This document shows positions 57,990 to 64,000 of a stretch of 64,000 bases of DNA, piece by piece (positions within the stretch are counted from its first letter, which is position 1; each line of letters opens with the position of its first letter). Origin of the DNA: Iphione sp. A-MEVVRFRX5 (taxonomy: Eukaryota); the NCBI GenBank assembly GCA_976226885.1, contig OZ320316.1, positions 60,512,001 to 60,576,000 on the forward strand, read 5' to 3'. Both the position numbers and the translations under genes were made by a program. Below the pieces are notes generated by a model. It saw only the letters and a list, made by a program, of their open reading frames with translations. It was not told where the DNA came from and did no database searches.

Positions 57990-60900
57990 CAACATAAGGC
58001 AGATTTACGTACCACCACCTTACATCTTGTTAAAGCAGTACAAGATGTCATATACCCCTCATATTGAGCCTGTCCAGTTTGACCAAATCTTGATTCTTTC
58101 TATACAATGAAGCCCTGGTAAAGTCAACAACCTTTCCCAAGACTGAAGCCACACCGTAAATGACATTGACCTGTTGACCCAAGACAGACTCAAGACAAGA
58201 AGTTACTTTAGTCACCCTAGACTCAGTGGGAGTGACCACCAAGTCAACAGAACTGATGGTATAACCTAGGAAAACAACAGACTGGGCTGGCTCTAAAGAA
58301 AACTTATCAAAATTAATGAAAAACCCTATAAACTGTAACAGCTTGACAGTCTTTAAGACAAACAAGGAACACTCCCATGCATCTCTACCAATTATAATGA
58401 TATCATTGAAGTAAGAAGCCACTACCACCCCCTCCTCCCTATGACAAGCCAATGGTGTAGTCATAATCTTCGTAAAGATTCTATGTGCAGATGACAAAAC
58501 GAATGGAAACACATCATACTGATTCACCTTGCCCTGCCAAGGGAATGCTAAATATTTCCTATGTAAAGACCAAACTGGCAGTATGATATGATGCATTCTT
58601 TAGCTCCACAGATGCCGTAAAACAACCCTCATATAAAAGAGGGTGTTTATTCTCCAAGGTTTACATTTTAAAGTGCTTGTACTCAATGGGCTTGTTTAAC
58701 TTAGACAAGTCCAATATCATCCAATAGTAACCATTGGGTTAAGGCCTCAGGAAGATATTGGACAAGAAAGCATCAGAGGAAACTGCTTCCAAAAGAGAAA
58801 TAGTTTTAATCTTAAGGTTAGACAACTCCTTCTATATAAATTGTGATTCAGCCTTTGAGAAAGGAATTGGCCTAGGCCTTACCTCTTGGCAGGGCAAGGT
58901 CAAAAGGTCAAGCTTATAACCTGACACTGCTTCTTGAACTTCCCTACCTCAAATGAGCCCAGGCCATTGCCTTCCACAGGAAAACAAGTCCCTGGCTAAG
59001 AAAGTGATTTTCTCCCCTAAGCCTGCACCTGCTGCTGTGCCTGCTGCACTGCCTTGTGGAGTTGCTGCACAGGAGTAAGGAGGTTGTCCAACAGAAACTT
59101 AGGAGAAGGAGGACAATCTTCTGAAACCAGCCTCTTAAATATGGCAGGGAAACTGAACCTCGTCCCTGTGCACTTTAACCAAAGTCTGAAAAGTGGACCT
59201 CCCCTCCAGAATGAGAGAGGACCAAAAGCTGTTGATCTTTTGCTACCCATAGACTTCCTCCCACATGGCACATAACAGGCCTGACTGCCCTACATGAAGC
59301 AATTAAACCTGTGCATGAGGTCCTGACTGACCTTCTGAAGGACACGTTTACATTCCTGCCCTCCTAGGATAGATTCATAAAAAGAACCTCCTTGAGGCGA
59401 CAGACCTGATGGCCATCAATATTTGAAGGGTGCTAATGACACATCTGTGTGTCCCCCAGAAAGTCTGCCTTGAACAGCTGAAGCAGTTTCTTGGCCAGAG
59501 GGATCACTGCCTCAAATAAAAGAGGCCCAACTTCCACATCGGTATCCATCCTCTCAAACAACACCAGAGAACTAGGCTCTGGCTCCTGCAATGCTACTGA
59601 GGACACAGAACCTGGGTCATTAACCTGTGGGTTCTCTTTTTCCTCCTCGTCCTTCCACTCCAACATTATGTTGAAGCCATGGGCCATATTCTGGCCAAAA
59701 GATGTTAACCATCTTTAACGTCCACAGAAAAAGAAAGCATTAGCTGCTGCTGTGCTCACATAAGTTGCTCCTGCGAGCTTGTCACCTGTTCTTGTGATGA
59801 CCAAACTTGCAAAGGTGCCTGAAAAATTGGCACTATTCCCCTAAAAATCATATATGCATGTGTATGTCTTTTTGCAAAGGGACCCCACAGAAACAAAATG
59901 TTGCTTCCTTGAGGAAAAGGTTAGGAAAAAAGGAACACAACAAAAATTTTCAACTTAACTTGGCTGAAAAAGATTTGTCAATGATTTTTTACCTCAGGGG
60001 TCAAAGATGGAATGTTGGGTGACTTTAAAAGTTTCTGAATGCCTTCATGTCAAATCAGACAAAGCTGATTGAGCTCGGCCAACAACTTAAGTCATACCTG
60101 CCAAACAATGTCATTAGCCCAACTTGAAACAATGTCAAACTTGAACTGGCATGGGTCAGAGATCAAAGTCATCGACCTCCACAATGATGGCCGAGCTAGG
60201 TCAACCACCAAAATTGTTGGCAAGGAATGGTTGAGTTTGGCTAAAAAAAGTCAAACCCAAGGATGCTTGAAGTTGTCCTGGCTGAGCTTCATTCACCAAT
60301 GCAGACCCCGACTGAGCTTGGGCCCTCCATGATAGTTGATGTTATCCTGTCTGAGCTTAATCAACCAACACATATTGACTGAGCTGGCGCTGCCAAGAGC
60401 GCTTGAAATTGGTCTGTCTAAGCTTGATCAAGGATGCTTCCTCCATGACCCCTGCTACAGACTTGATCACCCGAGCTGGAACAACCAAGGTTCTTATCAG
60501 CGTGATAGAGCATACCCCAAGCAGGGGGACACTTCCACAGCTGTTACTAACAATTGCATTCTGTCCTTGAAGTCAGATGTCAACAGACGAGGCTGACCTT
60601 GCTGGCTGTATGGACAACTGCATAACAATCAACCTCTCCAGTCTTTTCATACTAAGACTATCAACTGACTCATCATGTCTAGTTTCAGCATCCAAGGAGG
60701 CATTTAAATGTTTTGTGGATGTAGATAATGTGCGAGTCATTTTGGTATGCTTTGTTAAAGGAGTAAGGTTGACATGATGTGGATCATGCTTACTCTTTCC
60801 ACAATGAGTAGGGTCGACTGAATCATCCCAAGCACCCTCCACAAACAAGATTCATAAGATCAGAACAGAATAAACAAAGGGAGGGGTGATCCTGCAATGT
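57990..60900 (-). mobile_element. Decayed DIRS-1-like retroelement (gag and RT) in a PC intron
   Basis: RT remnant 58048-58596 'HRKYLAFPWQGK..Y...PF.LSSAHRIFTKIM...YFNDII...GFFINFDK..LEP.Q..FLG'; gag-like 'EVGPLLFEAV', 'FKRLVSEDCPPSPKFLLDNL' at 59000-59700; no YR seen. Confidence 0.8.
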
Positions 60901-61259
60901 TATTCATGATTCTAGAAGAGTTAACTGTGATTCTAGACAGAAAGCAGCACAGGAAAGTAAGGAAAAATACGTTTAACTAAGACATAAGTGTGTGGACATC
61001 TGAACACAGTGACTGCAGAACTAAAAGTGGAAATGGAATGTGTGTGGCTCTGGCTGCAGTGGTGCCACCTGTACTATATCTCAGGCAGACAACTTGTATC
61101 CAATCCTAGTACTTAAGTTTTCAATTTCAGTTTGAAAGTTTGAAAGATCATTATGTGATAACAAAGGGATATATATCTGCAGAATAAGGACCTGCACATT
61201 GTTTCACTCCTATCAAATAACAAATGTTCATAGGCAAATCTGTGATTTCACACACTTAC

Positions 61260-61509
61260 CAGTATCTAAACTGCTTCTTTCTAAGGATGACACAATGGCT
61301 CCCATACTTGGCTGTGATGTCATTCCTGACATGGAATCAACAGCAACATCAACTACATCAGCTCCAGCTTCTGCACATGCAAGCATAGAGGCAACTCCTG
61401 CTCCTGCAGTGTCATGTGTATGAACATGAATTGGAATGTCTGGATACTTTTCCCGTAGTTCTCCAATTAACATCTTGGCAGCTTGTGGCTTCAGCAGGCC
61501 AGCCATATC
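61260..61509 (-). CDS. PC: Pyruvate carboxylase exon (carboxyltransferase domain)
   Basis: DMAGLLKP...[12 protein letters not shown]...[13 protein letters not shown]; 250 nt, phase 0/1. Confidence 0.97.
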
Positions 61510-61895
61510 CTTGACAATGAAAAGTAATAAAGATGACATTATTTTGTAAACAACTTAGATTATTTGTCAATTTACTGCTTAGGAATGTTTTTAAATATAT
61601 TTTCAGGAAATACTCCCTCAGAATACCTAATGGCACATCCATGCATGACTGCTTTAAGCGCAAGACCGGGCTGACAGTTTTTCAAAACACCTCTGAGGGA
61701 ACAATCTATTGAACTATGAAATACAATTTATTTATAATTTAAAATATATGGCTAGAGACATCCATGTAAACCTTGAGCCTACAGAAAGCACAACACAGAG
61801 CCCTGCCATGTATATGAGCTGCTACGGACAACTTTCTGACTCATTCTTTGTTTTAGGTTGGACAAGTTATCCCATTTAAAGTAATCATAACGTAC

Positions 61896-62029
61896 TTTGA
61901 TACCAAGAACGTGTGTACCAGCACTGACAAGTTCGTCTGCCAGATTTAAGTAGTAATTCATGTCGTATTTCTTTCTCTCTGGATTCGATACATCTCCACT
62001 GTAGGAGATCGATGCTTCAACCACACCAC
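61896..62029 (-). CDS. PC: Pyruvate carboxylase exon
   Basis: [14 protein letters not shown]...AGTHVLGIK; 134 nt, phase 1/0. Confidence 0.96.
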
Positions 62030-62472
62030 CTGCAGGGTAAAAAACATAACACATTAAGACATCTCTTTATTGACACCGTCCTTTTTAAACCGCCGTTTGG
62101 CTTCTTTCTGGTGTAAACAGTTTTCTTTGATGGGAACATAGGAATCTGACCCGTAACAAAGTCGACCTTGGTGGATGTGACTTTAGACAAACTCCAACTT
62201 TGACAAAAAGGCTACAGAGTCAGCACTAGGGTTACCATTACAGGAAGTGATAACGTTAGCTCAGTTCGAAATCAGGAGATACGCTGGTGAGAAGTCAAGT
62301 TTGGTCATGGGTTGACTTCATCAAACTTCACGCTGTCTCATTTCTACTGATTTCAACAAAATTGGAGGTCTCGTGGGACTAAGCTCCGGTGCTGCAACTT
62401 AGCAAAACATCACTAGCTACTGTGCGATACAATCTTCCTTAAGCACTGTACAATATCGATTAAGTACTATAC

Positions 62473-62579
62473 CTGCATTCCCTGCGGCTTCCATGCCAAG
62501 GAGAAGGTTTGGTAAGTAATTGAGAGAATCAAACACTCGGAAGACGTCCATGCCAGCTTCAACTGCCAGCTCACAGAAC
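62473..62579 (-). CDS. PC: Pyruvate carboxylase exon
   Basis: [35 protein letters not shown]; 107 nt, phase 2/1. Confidence 0.96.
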
Positions 62580-62825
62580 CTGATGTGAAGTAAGTGAAAC
62601 AGGCGCTTAACTAAGAAAGGAAGCTGCACTGTTAAAACATGGACGGTTCTCGTAGAAGAGCAAAGAATCAAAGTGAGTATATTGAGAGACAGACAAACAG
62701 GCTAGTAGGCCAAGATGAAAACATACAAATACTGCAGCATTTAGATAACAACATCATTGATCGGACACGTGCATTACAGGGACAACATTTAGCTGTTAAA
62801 AGAACTGCCTGAGACAGATGTTTAC

Positions 62826-62982
62826 TTGTGGACAACATTATCTGGATAAGCAGTATATCCAACTGCATTAGCTCCTCGTAACAGCATCTGGAATGGTATG
62901 TTGGGGATGAGGCCTCGCAGGGTTTCTAGTCGCTCCCATGGATCCTCGTGCAAAAAGCGCATTGCTACATCAAATGTAGCCC
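62826..62982 (-). CDS. PC: Pyruvate carboxylase exon
   Basis: [19 protein letters not shown]...[21 protein letters not shown]; 157 nt, phase 1/2 (not in supplied ORF track in this frame). Confidence 0.96.
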
Positions 62983-63263
62983 CTGGAAAATACATATAAT
63001 ATCAATGATAAAGTAAAGAGGATTATATCAGACAGATATAATGGCTAATTTGTGTTTGATTATTAATTTCACTCACTATGGACAGAGCACCTCTTGACTT
63101 TCACGTGGATTGGGGGGGGGGGCACAGACCCACTTTCTCTACATTTCTTATGAACTATTGCAACTATTCATGAACAAAAGACCTACAATTTAGGATACAA
63201 TCACAAAACCAACTGCGAACTATAAAGATACTTTAAACTAGGAAAATGGTGATAATGACTCAC

Positions 63264-63488
63264 CTCCCCAGTTTTCTAGACTGAAGAGATTGTTGAAATT
63301 ATGCGACACAAATGGTGAGATCCTCTTTAGGTCCATTGTACGGACTCGAGTGGCAAGCAATGATTGATGGGCATCTCTGAAGGTAGTATCCATCAACAGA
63401 AGCCCTGGATGGTTGCGCACAGCCTTTGCGAAGCCCTCGGGGCCCTGTTCCAGTAGAATATCCCTCCATCCCGTGGGATGCTTGGGCG
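63264..63488 (-). CDS. PC: Pyruvate carboxylase exon (start of carboxyltransferase domain); upstream exons lie outside the window
   Basis: [45 protein letters not shown]...ENWG; 225 nt, phase 1/1. Confidence 0.97.
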
Positions 63489-64000
63489 CTGTGCACATGA
63501 ACAAACGAAAACAAAATGGTCAGTTCTAGATAAGTACAAATATATGACTTCTCTTGGGTTTATCAACATTGACTGATTACGTATATAGAGGATGATGGGA
63601 TTTTAATCCAGTACATTGTTTTCACTCATTATCTGTAAAATACTGTGTGAGACTCTGTCACATTTTTGACTGAGAAACGTTAACATTTCACAAATTGAGG
63701 TATAAGAATAATGCAATCACACAAGACCAGCATATGAAAATGACACAACAAGTACATTGAGGACTCTTCATTCTCGCATAGAAACGGCTAAACTTGTTTA
63801 ACACTGAGGGATTCTTAGCTAGGAAACTAAAGCTCTGGAAGAAATTTGTTAAGGTTATTGCGGGGTACAAAATACCAAAGTATTTTCTCTAGCATACACC
63901 CTTCCTTTATATGGATGAGGCTTTTCTTAAAGCTGAATATAACCATGGAAAGGGAAAGCGGTCACAAGCGAGCGCAAGTTGAATACTTAAAATGTCATTC

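Noticed and set aside
63688-63870. Further PC exon upstream of 63488
   Set aside because: Translation shows no similarity to the PC biotin-carboxylase/PT region; treated as intron.

Overview
Repeat-rich eukaryotic (invertebrate-animal-like) genomic DNA holding parts of two convergent spliced genes. One is the 3' half of pyruvate carboxylase (11 exons, minus strand, 63488-51616, all splice phases consistent). The other is a plus-strand single-pass membrane protein: a TM exon at 25649-25763 plus a tentative chain of cytoplasmic-tail exons to 45574. The rest is largely transposon-derived. It includes an intact pogo/Tigger DD30D transposon (22908-25613) and a young full-length Gypsy LTR retrotransposon (25927-36338, ATAT TSD, tRNA-Leu PBS, -1 frameshift signal). 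There is also a three-level nest (solo LTR in a DIRS-1-like element in a Ngaro-like element), other DIRS relics, a Maverick/Polinton-type polB fossil, tRNA-headed SINEs, MITEs and satellites. The most striking object is the ~4.3 kb accessory region of the Gypsy element. It appears to hold a bidirectional internal promoter studded with CTGTGG-NN-CCACAG palindromes that recur in both LTRs. This promoter seems to drive (i) an antisense three-exon gene (TATA, Kozak ATG, polyA signal) for a ~247-aa Pro/Ser-rich protein with SUMO-interacting-motif-like sequences and (ii) a sense-strand spliced gene for a two-zinc-finger protein. Together these make a candidate element-encoded regulatory/anti-silencing module. 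All calls were made by eye; no database searches were run.
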